DNA of 64,000 nt, from positions 62,001 to 126,000 of the forward strand of contig NW_027139401.1 in the NCBI RefSeq assembly GCF_035084215.1, written 5' to 3'. The notes below the pieces were generated by a model. It was not told where the DNA came from. It saw nothing but the letters and a program-made list of their open reading frames with translations, and searched no databases. The position numbers and the translations under genes are program-made. This document shows positions 50,901 through 63,500 of the stretch, in pieces (position 1 is the stretch's first letter; each line of letters begins with the position of its first letter). Source of the stretch: Heptranchias perlo. Its lineage: Eukaryota.

Positions 50901-50941
50901 CCCCCGTCTCCGCAGAGGTACAACGCTCGAGCGGAACGTGA
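41991..50941 (+). CDS. CD2/SLAM-family IgSF receptor, gene 3 (hybrid copy). Exons: 41991-42057, 44404-44724, 45906-46193, 47097-47213, 47358-47416, 50873-50941
   Basis: Same exon lengths and intact splice sites and frame as genes 1-2. The C2 F-strand reads VHTCEAWN instead of VYRCEAWN. Confidence 0.86.
43068..44210 (-). repeat. 63/64-bp minisatellite array in intron 1 of gene 3
   Basis: About 18 units. Confidence 0.95.
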
Positions 50942-52917
50942 AACGGACCCAGGATTCGGCCGGGCAAGGCATGAGGCGGACAAAGAATGCAGACGCCCGG
51001 GGAAGTGAGAGACGTCTGGGCCGGACAGTCATGGGGAAAAACACCTCCCCCCACAACCCCCCGACAGTGGCCGAGAACAAACTGAGACAGATACCCGACC
51101 TTAATATCCGTCGTCCTTCAAACTCAATTTACCACCGTCCGTTCAGCTTAATACCCTTTCTAAAACCCTGGCCCCGGAGAGACCCTCCTTTATATCGCGC
51201 TGCACCTCACCTCGCGCACACTCCCACCCCCGAGGTTTCCAATACCACCGTTCACTAACCCCTCCCCATCCCTGCCGCCTCCCTGTGCTCACTGTTGTAA
51301 TGTGGGAAAAACGGCAGCCAATCTGTGCACAGCAAGATCCCATAAACAACACCGTGATAAATGACCCAGATCATCTGTTTTTTTCGTGATGCTGTTCGAA
51401 AGATAAATATCGGGGCCCAGGACCCCGGGGAGAACTCCCCCCTGCTCTTCATCCAATAGTGGCCGTGGGATCTTTCACATCCACCTGAGAGGGGCAGACG
51501 GGGTCCTCGGTTTAAAGTCTCATCTGAAAGATGGCACCTCCGACAGTGCAGCACTCCCTCAGTACTGACCCTCCGACAGTGCGGCACTCCCTCAGTACTG
51601 ACCCTCCGACAGTGCGGCGCTCCCTCAGTACTGACCCTCCGACAGTGCAGCACGCCCTCAGTACTGACCCTCCGACAGTGCAGCACTCCCTCAGTACTGA
51701 CCCTCCGACAGTGCAGCACTCCCTCAGTACTGACCCTCTGACAGTGCAGCACTCCCTCAGTACTGACCCTCCGACAGTGTGGCGCTCCCTCAGTACTGAC
51801 CCTCCGACAGTGCAGCGCTCCCTCAGTACTGACCCTCCGACAGTGCGGCGCTCCCTCAGTACTGACCCTCCGACAGTGCAGCGCGCCCTCAGTACTGACC
51901 CTCCGACAGTGCAGCACTCCCTCAGTACTGACCCTCCGACAGTGCAGCACTCCCTCAGTACTGACCCTCTGACAGTGCAGCACTCCCTCAGTACTGACCC
52001 TCCGACAGTGTGGCGCTCCCTCAGTACTGACCCTCTGACAGTGCAGCACTCCCTCAGTACTGCCTCGACTTTGTGCTCAAGTCTCGAGAGTGGGACTTTC
52101 ACCCACGACCTTCGAACTCAGAGGCGCGAGTGACCCCCGTTGAGCTCCGAGCAACTCAACGACAGAAGACAAGTTTGAAAGGAACTTTGCCCAGAAGAGT
52201 TCTGAAGCATCTTCAGGACGGTTCGAAGAGGGCCTTTGGTTCACAAGACAATGTACTTGGAGAAACGGTGCTGAAATAACCAGAGATCCTCGGGAAGAGA
52301 TAAGTGCATTACGGGTAGAGTGAGGTTGCATGTGTTGCTTGATTTGCTTGTGCGAATTGTTTAAACCATGAAACATTATCCTCGAACGTGTGACCTTTTG
52401 TTTTTGACTGACCGTTGTCCGCGTTCAAGGGTCGCGGGAAAATCAGACGATTGAATCTTCATTTCAGGATCTGACGTTCCTCATTATCGTTCCGTGTCTT
52501 TCTGCTCCCTCTCAATAAAACTGTCTGAAAGGCTTTCAGAGAATCGTAGAGTGGTTCCAACATAGAAGGAGGCCATTTGGCCCATCGAGCACCGTGCCAG
52601 CTCCACACAACTGGTCCCACTCCCCCCCGACTCCCGCCCTTTCCCCGTAGCTCTGCCAATTTTTTCCCTTCAGGTATTTATCCAACTCCCTTTCGAAAGC
52701 CACGATTGAATCTGCCTCCACCTCCCTTTCAGGCAACGTATTCCAGATCCTAACCACTCGCTGCGTAAAAAAGATTTTCCCCTGTCGCCTTTGGTTCTTT
52801 TGCCAGTCCCCTTAACTCTGCGTCCTCTGCTTCCCGACCCTTCCGCCAATGGGAACACTTTCTCATTGTTTGCTTTATCCAAAGCCATCATGATTTTGGA
52901 CACTTCTGTCCTGAAAT

Positions 52918-54368
52918 CACAGGTGATATCAAGAAACGGCTGAGTTCACTGGATACAGCAAAGGCGATGGGCCCCGACAACATCCCGGCTGTAGTGCTGA
53001 AGTCTTGTGCTCCAGAACTAGCCGCGCCTCCAGCCAAACTGTTCCACTTCAGCTACAACACTGGCATCTACCCGACAATGTGGAAAATTGCCCAGGTATG
53101 TCCTGTCCACAAAAAGCAGGACAAATCCAATCCGGCCAATTACCACCCCATCAGTCTACTCTCAATCATCAGCAAAGTGATGGAAGGTGTCGTCGACAGT
53201 GCTATCAAGCGGCACTTACTCACCAATAACCTGCTCACCGATGCTCAGTTTGGGTTCCGCCAGGACCACTCGGCTCCAGACCTCATTACAGCCTTGGTCC
53301 AAACATGGACAAAAGAGCTGAATTCCAGAGGTGAGGTGAGGGTGACTGCCCTTGACATCAAGGCAGCATTTGACCGAGTGTGGCACCAAGGAGCCCGAGT
53401 AAAATTGAAGTCAAATTGAAGCGGGGAAAACTCTCCAGTGGCTGGAGTCATACCTAGCACAAAGGAAGATGGTAGTGGTTGATGGAGGCCAATCATCTCA
53501 ACCCTCAGGGTAGTGTCCTAGGCCCAACCATCTTCAGCTGCTTCATCAATGACCTTCTCTCCACCATAAGGCCAGAAATGGGGATGTTCGCTGATGATTG
53601 CACAGTGTTCAGTTCCATTCGCAACCCCTCAGATAATGAAGCAGTCCGTGCCCGAATGCAGCAAGACCTGGACAACTTGCCACATATCAGGCTTGGCCAG
53701 ACAAGTGGCAGGCAATGACCATCTCCAAAAAGAGAGAGTCTAACCACCTCCCCTTGACATTCAACGGTATTACCATCACTGAATCCCCCACCATCAACAT
53801 CTCGGTGGTCACCATTGACCAGAAACATAACTGGACCAACCATATAAATACTGTGGCAACAAGAGCAGGTCACAGGCTGGGTATTCTGCAGCGAGTGACT
53901 CACCTCCTGACTCCCCAAAGCCTTTTCACCATCTACAAGGCACAAGTCTGGAGCGTGATGGAATACTCCCCACTTGCCTGGATGAGAGCAGCTCCAACAA
54001 CACTCAAGAAGCTCGACAGGATTCACTGCAGCAACTCGCCAAGGCTTCTTCGACAGCACGCCCCAAACCCGCGACCTCTACCACCTGGAAGGACAAGAGC
54101 AGCAGGCACATGGGAACAACACCACCTGCACGTTCCCCTCCAAGTCACACACTATCCCGACTTGGAAATATATCGCCGTTCCTTCATCGTCGCTGGGTCA
54201 AAATCCTGGAACTCCCTTCCTAACAGCACTGTGGGAGAACCTTCACCACACGGACTGCAGCGGTTCAAGAAGGCAGCTCACCACCACCTTCTCAAGGGGC
54301 AATTAGGGATGGGCAATAAATGCCGGCCTTGCCAGCGATGCCCACATCCCATGAACGAATAAAAAAAA
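52918..54368 (+). mobile_element. Duplicated copy of the CR1/L2-group LINE (third segmental unit), with a private 27-bp deletion near 53697
   Basis: Near-identical to 37442-38919. Confidence 0.88.
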
Positions 54369-56650
54369 GGTGCAGGATTAGATACTCTTTCCCGTCAAAC
54401 ACTCCTGGGGCAAGTACCGGATTAGATACAGAGTAAAGCTCCATTTGCACTGTCCCATCAAACACTCCCAGGGCAGGTACAGGGAGTTGGATACAGAGTA
54501 AAGCTCCCTCTGTACCGTCCCATTAAACACACCCAGGGCAGGTACAGGGAGTTAGATACAGAGTAAAGCTCCCTCTGCACTGTCCCATCAAACACTCCCA
54601 GGGCAGGTACAGGGAGTTAGATACAGAGGAAAGCTCCCTCTACACTTTCCCATCAAACACTCACAGGACAGGTACAGGGTTAGATACAGAGTAAAGCTCC
54701 CTCGACACTGTCCCATCAAACACTCCCAAGGCAGGTACAGGGTTCGATACAGAGTAAAGCTCCCTCTACACTTTCCCATCAAACACTCACAGGACAGGTA
54801 CAGGGTTAGATACAGAGTAAAGCTCCCTCTACACTGTCCCATCAAACACTCTCAGGGCAGGTACAGGGTTCGATACAGAGTAAAGCTCCCTCTACACTGT
54901 CCCATCAAACACTCCCAGGGTCAGGTACAGGGTTAGATACAGAGTAAAGCTCCCTCTACACTGTCCCATCAAACACTCCCAGGGCAGGTACAGGGTTAGA
55001 TACAGAGTAAAGCTCCCTCTACACTGTCCCATCAAACACTCCCAGGGCAGGTACAGGGTTAGATACAGAGTAAAGCTCCCTCTGCACTGTCCCATCAAAC
55101 ACTCCCAGGGCAGGTACAGGGTTAGATACAGAGTAAAGCTCCCTCCACACTGTCCCATCAAACACTCCCAGGGCAGGTACAGGGTTAGATACAGAGTAAA
55201 GCTCCCTCTACACTGTCCCATCAAACACTCCCAGGGCAGGTACAGGGTTAGATACAGAGTAAAGCTCCCTCTGCACTGTCCCGTCAAACACTCCCAGGGC
55301 AGGTACAGGGAGTTGGATACAGAGTAAAGCTCCCTCTACACCGTCCCATTAAACACACCCAGGGCAGGTACAGGGAGTTAGATACAGAGGAAAGCTCCCT
55401 CTACACTGTCCCATCAAACACTCACAGGACAGGTACAGGGTTAGATACAGAGTAAAGCTCCCTCTACACTGTCCCGTCAAACACTCCCAGGGCAGGTACA
55501 GGGTTAGATACAGAGTAAAGCTCCCTCTACACTGTCCCATCAAACACTCCCAGGGCAGGTACAGGGTTAGATACAGAGTAAAGCTCTCTCTACACTGTCC
55601 CATCAAACACTCCCAGGGCAGGTACAGGGTTAGATACAGAGTAAAGCTCCCTCGACACTGTCCCGTCAAACACTCACAGGGCAGGTACAGGGTTAGATAC
55701 AGAGTAAAGCTCCCTCTACACTGTCCCATCAAACACTCCCAGGGTCAGGTACAGGGTTAGATACAGAGTAAAGCTCCCTCTACACTGTCCCGTCAAACAC
55801 TCCCAGGGCAGGTACAGGGTTCGATACAGAGTAAAGCTCCCTCTACACTGTCCCATCAAACACTCCCAGGGCAGGTACAGGGTGAGATACAGAGTAAAGC
55901 TCCCTCCACACTGTCCCATCAAACACTCTCAGGGCAGGTACAGGGTTCGATACAGAGTAAAGCTCCCTCCACACTGTCCCGTCAAACACTCCCAGGGCAG
56001 GTACAGGGTTAGATACAGAGTAAAGCTCCCTCTACACTGTCCCATCAAACACTCCCAAGGCAGGTTCAGGGTTAGATACAGAGTAAAGCTCCCTCTACAC
56101 TGTCCCGTCAAACACTCCCAGAGCAGGTACAGGGTTGGATTGAGAGTAAAGCTCCCTCTACACTGTCCCATCAAACACTCTCAGGGCAGGTTCAGGGTTA
56201 GATACAGAGTAAAGCTCCCTCCACACTGTCCCATCAAACACTCCCAGGGCAGGTACAGGGTTAGATACAGAGTAAAGCTCCCTCTGCACTGTCCCATCAA
56301 ACACTCCCAGGGCAGGTACCGGGTGAGATACAGAGTAAAGCTCCCTCTACACTGTCCCATCGAACACTCCCAGGGGCAGGTACAGGGTTAGATACAGAGT
56401 AAAGCTCCCTCTACACTGTCCCATCAAACACTCCCAGGGCAGGTACCGGGTGAGATACAGAGTAAAGCTCCCTCTACACTGTCCCATCAAACACTCCCAG
56501 GGCAGGTACAGGGTTAGATACAGAGTAAAGCTCTCTCTACACTGTCCCATCAAACATTCCCAGGGCAGGTACAGGGTTAGATTCAGAGTAAAGCTCCCTC
56601 CACACTGTCCCATCAAACACTCCCAGGGCAGGAACTGCACAGGTTAGATG
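54369..56650 (+). repeat. 63-bp minisatellite array upstream of gene 4
   Basis: Same unit and orientation as 3165-6730. Confidence 0.95.
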
Positions 56651-57502
56651 CACAGTGAAGCTCCCTCAGTACTGACCCTCCGACAGTGCAGCGCTCCCTC
56701 AGTGCTGACCCTCTGACAGTGCAGCGCTCCCTCAGTACTGACCCTCCGACAGTGCAGCGGTCCCTCAGTACCGACCCTCCGACAGTGCGGCGCTCCCTCA
56801 GTACTGACCCTCCGACAGTGCGGCGCTCCCTCCGTACCCCCTTTCCCCATTCACCCCATCGCCCCCTGTGCCCCTTCTCTCTGCAAGATCTCTCCCCTCA
56901 GTCCCATTCCCCCTTTCCCCATTCCCCCCCATCACCCCCTGTGCCCCTCTCTCTCTGAAAGATCTCTCCCCTCAGTCCCATTCCCCCTTTCCCCATTCAC
57001 CCCATCACCCCCTGTGCCCCTCTCTCTCTGAAAGATCTCTCCCCTCAGTCCCATTCCCCCTTTCCCCATTCCCCCCCAGTGCCCCTCTCTCTCTGAAAGT
57101 TCTCTCCCCTCAGTCCCATTCCCTTTCCCCATTCACCCCATCACCCCCTGTGCCCCTCTCTCTGAAAGATCTCTCCCCTCAGTCCCATTCCCTCTTTCCC
57201 CATTCACCCCATCACCCCCTGTGCCCCCCTCTCTCTGAAAGATCTCTCCCTTCAGTCCCATTCCCCCTTTCCCCATTCACCCCTCGCCCCCTGTGTCCCC
57301 TCTCTCTCTGAAAGATCTCTCCCCTCAGTCCCATTCCCTCTGCTCCCCCCACTGTTTCTGATGCTCCCTCTCTGTGTGGTGGAGATTACCCTACCAGATA
57401 GCAGTCTGTAGCACGAGTTACCTCAATTTGTGACAATAACCACTTCCTGATCCTCTACTTCAACTCTTCGAGAGACTCCGACGCTCTGAATAAAACCCAG
57501 AG

Positions 57503-60500
57503 ATGTGGCAGTTGTGTGCGGGACGGGTCTGGAGCCTTGTCTGTGTGTTCCTGTTTGCCATCTGCGTGGGTAAGAGATATTCTTTTCATCAATTGTGTGT
57601 GAAGAGCAGCGAGAAGTGTGAGAACATCCTTAACGTTTCCAGTGTGTGCGAAGGCCATTCGGCCCATCGTGGTTGGTCCCTGGGTCTCTACTAGGCCAAA
57701 CATCGCAACAATTCCGTCGCTCTCTCTCGCTGTCTCTGCCGCTCTATTTTCTTTTTGTCTGTCTCTCTCTCTGTCTTTCTTTCTCTCTGTCTTTCTTCAC
57801 TCTGTCTGTGTCTTTCTGTCATCATCTCCCTCTCTCTGTTTCTCTCTCTCTTTCCCACCCTGTCTGTCTCGTTCCCTCACTGTCTCTCTCTCACTGTATC
57901 ACTGTCTCTCCCACCCTCTCTCTCACCATCCGTCTCCCTCATTCCCTCTCCCTATTTCACTCTCGCCCTCCCTCTCTCTCACCCTCCCTCTGTCTCACTC
58001 TCTCTGTCTCTCTATCCCTCTCCCTCTCTCTATGTCACTCTCTTTCTGTCTCCCTCTCCCTCTTTCTCACTCTCCCTCTGTCTCATTCCCTCTCCCTCTC
58101 TCTGCATCCCTCTCTCCCCCTCTCTCTCTTTCTCTCTCCCTCTGTCTCATTCTCTCCCTCTCTCTCTCNNNNNNNNNNNNNNNNNNNNNNNNNNNNNNNN
58201 NNNNNNNNNNNNNNNNNNNNNNNNNNNNNNNNNNNNNNNNNNNNNNNNNNNNNNNNNNNNNNNNNNNNNNNNNNNNNNNNNNNNNNNNNNNNNNNNNCCT
58301 CTTTACCCGTAGACGTGCACCATTCTCTCCTTAAAATAATTCTCACTTTGCCGTTTACAATAAACCATTTCCTGCCAGCACTCGCTGTATCTTGCAGTCT
58401 GTGAACTGCATCAGCAAATATCTCCCATTACAGAGAGAGCTCCTCACACCCTGGCTGAACATTTCCGATTTCTCACTGCACCTCGTGCGGTTTCATTTGT
58501 TCAAAAATCTTTTACAGTTCTTTGTTTCTACAAATGTGTGAGGGCAAAGGAGAGACAAGTGTCCACCAGATAAAAACATACCCTGTATCTAAACCGTGCT
58601 GTACCTGCCCTGGGAGTGTTTGATGGGTCAGTGCAGAGGGAGCTTTACTCTGTATCTAACCCTGTACCTGACCCTGGGAGTGTTTGATGGGACAGTGTAG
58701 AGGGAGCTTTACTCTGTATCTAACCCTGTACCTGCCCTGGGAGTGTTTGATGGGACAGTGCAGAGGGAGCTTTACTCTGTATCTAACCCTGTACCTGACC
58801 CTGGGAGTGTTTGATGGGACAGTGTAGAGGGAGCTTTACTCTGTATCTAACCCTGTACCTGCCCTGGGAGTGTTTGATGGGACAGTGTAGAGGGAGCTTT
58901 ACTCTGTATCTAACTCTGTACCTGCCCTGGGAGTGTTTGATGGGACAGTGTCGAGGGAGCTTTACTCTGTATCTAAGCCTGTACCTGGCCCTGGGAGTGT
59001 TTGATGGGACAGTGTAGAGGGAGCTTTACTCTGTATCTAACACTGTACCTGACCCTGGGAGTGTTTGATGGGACAGTGTAGAGGGAGCTTTACTCTGCAT
59101 CTAAGCCTGTACCTGGCCCTGGGAGTGTTTGATGGGACAGTGTAGAGGGAGCTTTACTCTGTATCTAACACTGTACCTGACCCTGGGAGTGTTTGATGGG
59201 ACAGTGTAGAGGGAGCTTTACTCTGTATCTAAGCCTGTACCTGGCCCTGGGAGTGTTTGATGGGACAGTGTAGAGGGAGCTTTACTCTGTATCTAACCCT
59301 GTACCTGCCCTGGGAGTGTTTGATGGGACAGTGTAGAGGGAGCTTTACTCTGTATCTAACCCTGTACCTGCCCTGGGAGTGTTTGACGGGACAGTGTGGA
59401 GGGAGCTTTACTCTGTATCTAACCCTGTACCTGCCCTGGGAGTGTTTGATGGGACAGTGTAGAGGGAGCTTTACTCTGTATCTAACCCTGTACCTGCCCT
59501 GGGAGTGTTTGATGTGACAGTGTAGAGGGAGCTTTACTCTGTATCTAAGCCTGTACCTGCCCTGGGAGTGTTTGATGGGACAGTGTAGAGTGAGCTTTGC
59601 TCTGTATCTAATCCTGTACCTGCCCTGGGAGTGTTTGATGGGACAGTGTAGAGGGAGCTTTACTCTGTATCTAACCCTGTCCCTGCCCTGGGAGTGTTTG
59701 ATGGGACAGTGTCGAGGGTTCTTGACTCGAACTCCTCCACAAATTATCTGCCCCATTTCCCTACGTTCCAACACTTCAAAAGTATTTATTGCCTTTCAGT
59801 CACTTAAAGACCCTGTGGAGATGTGGCACTGGGTTATATATCTCTCCAACTCGTTCCTCAATCACTGAGCTTGTCCTGTTCCACAAACACTCACTGTCTC
59901 CTCCTGTTAACTCAGGTGAAATTCAGACTCTCCGTCCCCCTGTGAATGGAACCCTGGGTCAGTCGATTGTCTTACCTGTTGGGATCCCACCCACACCGGA
60001 GGATGTTGAGGTTGTTTGGAAACGCAAAGAACCCGACGCCAGAATAGCGAGATACATGAACAAGAATGTTGAAACGTTCGGCACTGAGGAGTACACGGGA
60101 CGGATAAAGTTTCATCCAGAGAATTACAGTCTGCAAATCAGTGACTTACAGAGAGAGGACAGTGGTGTGTATGAGGTGATTGTAACAGGAGCGTTAGGAC
60201 GTGAAACTTCGGAGCTGGTTCGACTGGACGTGTACGGTGAGTGAGATTGTATCTGCTGATTCTGGGCTTCACCCATTACTGAAAGACCCCAAATTAATGG
60301 GTTGGGACAGATATTGTACATTACAAAGTTTATTGAATCGCTCCTGATTGTCAGTGCCCATACTGGGGTCACTGATCTCAGGGGTGTCGGGGTGAGGCAG
60401 CCTGAGTCTGGGGGTACACGCAGTACATTGCTGGATTTACTCAATCCCAGTGTAAACCCTGTTTCCATTGGAGGGATGGAGAGGGGAGATGAAACAGGTT

Positions 60501-63500
60501 CCCCACAATCTCAGACTCACTGTGAAATACCTCACTCAATCCCAGTGTAAACCCTGTTCCCATCGGAGGGATGGAGAGGGGAGATGAAACAGGTTCCCCA
60601 CAATCTCAGACTCACTGTGAAATACCAGAATACAGTTCTGTGCCTTTCACCATCTTGTCCTGTTTGCTGTTCATTCACCTGCCTCGTGGAAATAAATCAG
60701 TTGTCGGTCTAAATCCTGAGTCTCCAGACATTCGGAGAATCTGGGAATCTTTTAACGAGAAGGATTGATAGGACAGCCCACAAAACATTCCAGTAACCAG
60801 GGTACAGAGTTATGATTCCCTATCACAAGCCAAGGGTCTCCCTCTTGTTTAACGCGATCTAGGCCAGAACGAGAGGGCGCACTCCAGATCTTAAGGGACA
60901 CAGGTTCAGCTTACAGGAGTGAGTAACAACACTGAACCAGAGAGAACTCCCGGGATACAAACCCAAAAACGGTGAATTTGAGCGAAGGAGTGTGTGATGC
61001 ATGTGTGTGATTCTCCTCCATTTTGATCCACGTGAAACCAGCGGGGGAGCGAGACAGTTAAAATGGCGGATGGAGGACTGAGACGGGATCTGCTTAAAGT
61101 TGACTCGGGAGCATCGTAGACGACACGGGTGGCGGGGAGGGGATAGTTGGGTATTGAGCTGTCACACAAGGGCCTCCATTACTTTCTCACATGTCTGCCT
61201 GTGTTTTTCTTTCGATCCTAATGTCAGAGCGTGTGTCAGGAACGAACATCACGGCTACTGTCACCCAGGGGATCTGTAACATCACCCTGACCTGCTCAGT
61301 GACCTCAGGCAATCTCACCAGCTTCCGATGGTGGAGGGGACGAGAGGAGTTGGGGAATGACAGCAACCATTATCTCTCTGGACACGGAGAGGAACTCCGG
61401 ATCTATTACACATCGGATGTCAAGGAGAGTGTGTACAGGTGTGAAGCCTGGAACCCAGTCAGTAACGACACCGCACAGATCAAGCTGAGTGATGTCTGTA
61501 ATATAACCGTATCTGGTAAGTGTCACAGTGAGAGAAGCAAACAACTGCTTTCAGGTATCAGACAGTCTCGTGTTGTACCTGCCCTGGGAGTGTTTGATGG
61601 GACAGTGTAGAGGGAGCTTTACTCTGTATCCAACCCTGTACCTGCCCTGGGAGTGTTTGATGGGACAGTGTAGATGGAGCTTTACTCTGTATCTAACCCT
61701 GTACCTGACCCTGGGAGTGTTTGATGGGACAGTGTAGAGGGAGCTTTACTCTGTATCTAACCCTGTACCGACCCTGGGAGTGTTTGATGGGACAGTGTAG
61801 AGGGAGCTTTACTCTGTATCTAACCCTGTACCAGCCCTGGGAGTGTTTGATGGGACAGTGTAGAGGGAGCTTTATTCTGTATCTAACCCTGCACCAGCCC
61901 TGGGAGAGTTCGAGGGGACAGTGTAGAGGGAGCTTTACTCTGTATCTAATCCTGTACCTGCCTTGGGAGTGTTTGACGGTAGAATGTAGAGGGAGCTTTA
62001 CTCTGTATCTAACCCTGTACCTGCCCTGGGAGTGTTTGAGGGGACAGTGTAGAGGGAGCTTTACTCTGTATCTAACCCTGTACCTGCCTTGGGAGTGTTT
62101 GACGGTAGAATGTCGAGGGAGCTTTACTCTGTATCTAACCCTGTACCTGCCCTGGGAGTGTTTGATGGGACAGTGTTGAGGGAGCTTTACTCTGTATCTA
62201 ACCCTGAACCTGCCCCTGGGAGTTTTTGATAGGACAATGTAGAGGGAGCTTTAAATTGGGAGGGGTCGGGATTGGAGGGGAGGGGAATTTGGAGGGGAAG
62301 GGAATCGGAGGGGAGGGGATTGGAGGGCAGGGGAATTAGAGTGGAAGGAAATTGGATGGTAGGGGATTGGATGGTAGGGGATTGGAGGGGAGGGAATTGG
62401 AGGGGAGGGAATTGGAGGGGAGGGGATTGGAAGGGAAGGGAATTGGGGGGGAAGGGAATTGGGGGGGAAGGGAATTGGGGGGGTGGAGGGGATTGGGGGG
62501 AGGGGATTGGGGGGGGAGGGGAGGGGATTGGAGAGGAGGTGAATTGGACGGCAGGGGATTGGAGGGGAGGGGATTGTAGGAGAGGGGATTGGAGGGGAAG
62601 GGATTGGAGGGGAAGGGAATTGGAGGGGAAGGGAATTGGAGGGGAAGGGAATTGGAGGGGAAGGGAATTGGAGGGGAGGGGATTGGAGGGGGGGGAATTG
62701 GAGGGGGGAATTGGAGAGGACGAGAATTGAAGGGGAGGGGATTGGAGGGGAGGGGATTGGAGGGGAGGGAATTGAAGAGGAGGGGAATTGGAGGGGAGTG
62801 GATTGGAGGAGAGTGAATTGGAGGCGAGGGGAATTGGAGGCGAGGGGAAGTGGAGGCGAGGGGAAGTGGAGGCGAGGGGAAGTGGAGGCGAGGGGAATTG
62901 GAGGCGAGGGGAAGTGGAGGCGAGGGGAATTGGAGGCGAGGGGAATTGGAGGCGAGGGGAATTGGAGGGCAGGGGATTGGAGGGGAGGGAATTGGAGGCG
63001 AGGGGAATTGGAGGCGAGGGGAATTGGAGGCGAGGGGAATTGGAGGCGAGGGGAATTGGAGGCGAGGGGAATTGGAGGCGAGAGGAATTGGAGGCGAGGG
63101 GAATTGGAGGCGAGGGGAATTGGAGGGCAGGGGATTGGAGGGCAGGGGATTGGAGGGCAGGGGATTGGAGGGCAGGGGTTTGGAGGGGAGGGAATTGGAG
63201 GGGAGGGGATTGGAGGGGAGGGGATTGGAGTGGAGGGAATTGGAGGGGAGAGGATTGGAGGGGAGGGGATTGGAGGGGAGGGGATTGGAGGGGAGGGGAT
63301 TGGAGTGGAGGGAATTGGAGGGGAGGGGATTGGAGGGGAGGGGATTGGAGGGGAGGGGATTGGAGGTGGAGAACGTGTTGCTGTGCCCATGAAGATTGGA
63401 TGGAGTAATATCTGTGAGAATGTTTCTCCTCCCCAGGGACACAGTCATCTACTGCCACAGTGGTTATAGTGCTGATGCTCGTCATTCTATTGGCCGGTCT

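Larger units (their letters stand above)
9519..59915 (+). repeat. Three tandem segmental duplication units (V exon to V exon: 19418, 15467 and 15512 bp)
   Basis: Identical order of exons, TEs and minisatellites. Length differences come almost entirely from VNTR copy number. Confidence 0.93.

Noticed and set aside
28937-59915. Units 2 and 3 being a pure assembly false duplication
   Set aside because: They differ by coding SNPs, a 27-bp LINE deletion and VNTR copy numbers, so they are not identical copies. Tandem placement of two haplotypes cannot be excluded without read-depth data.
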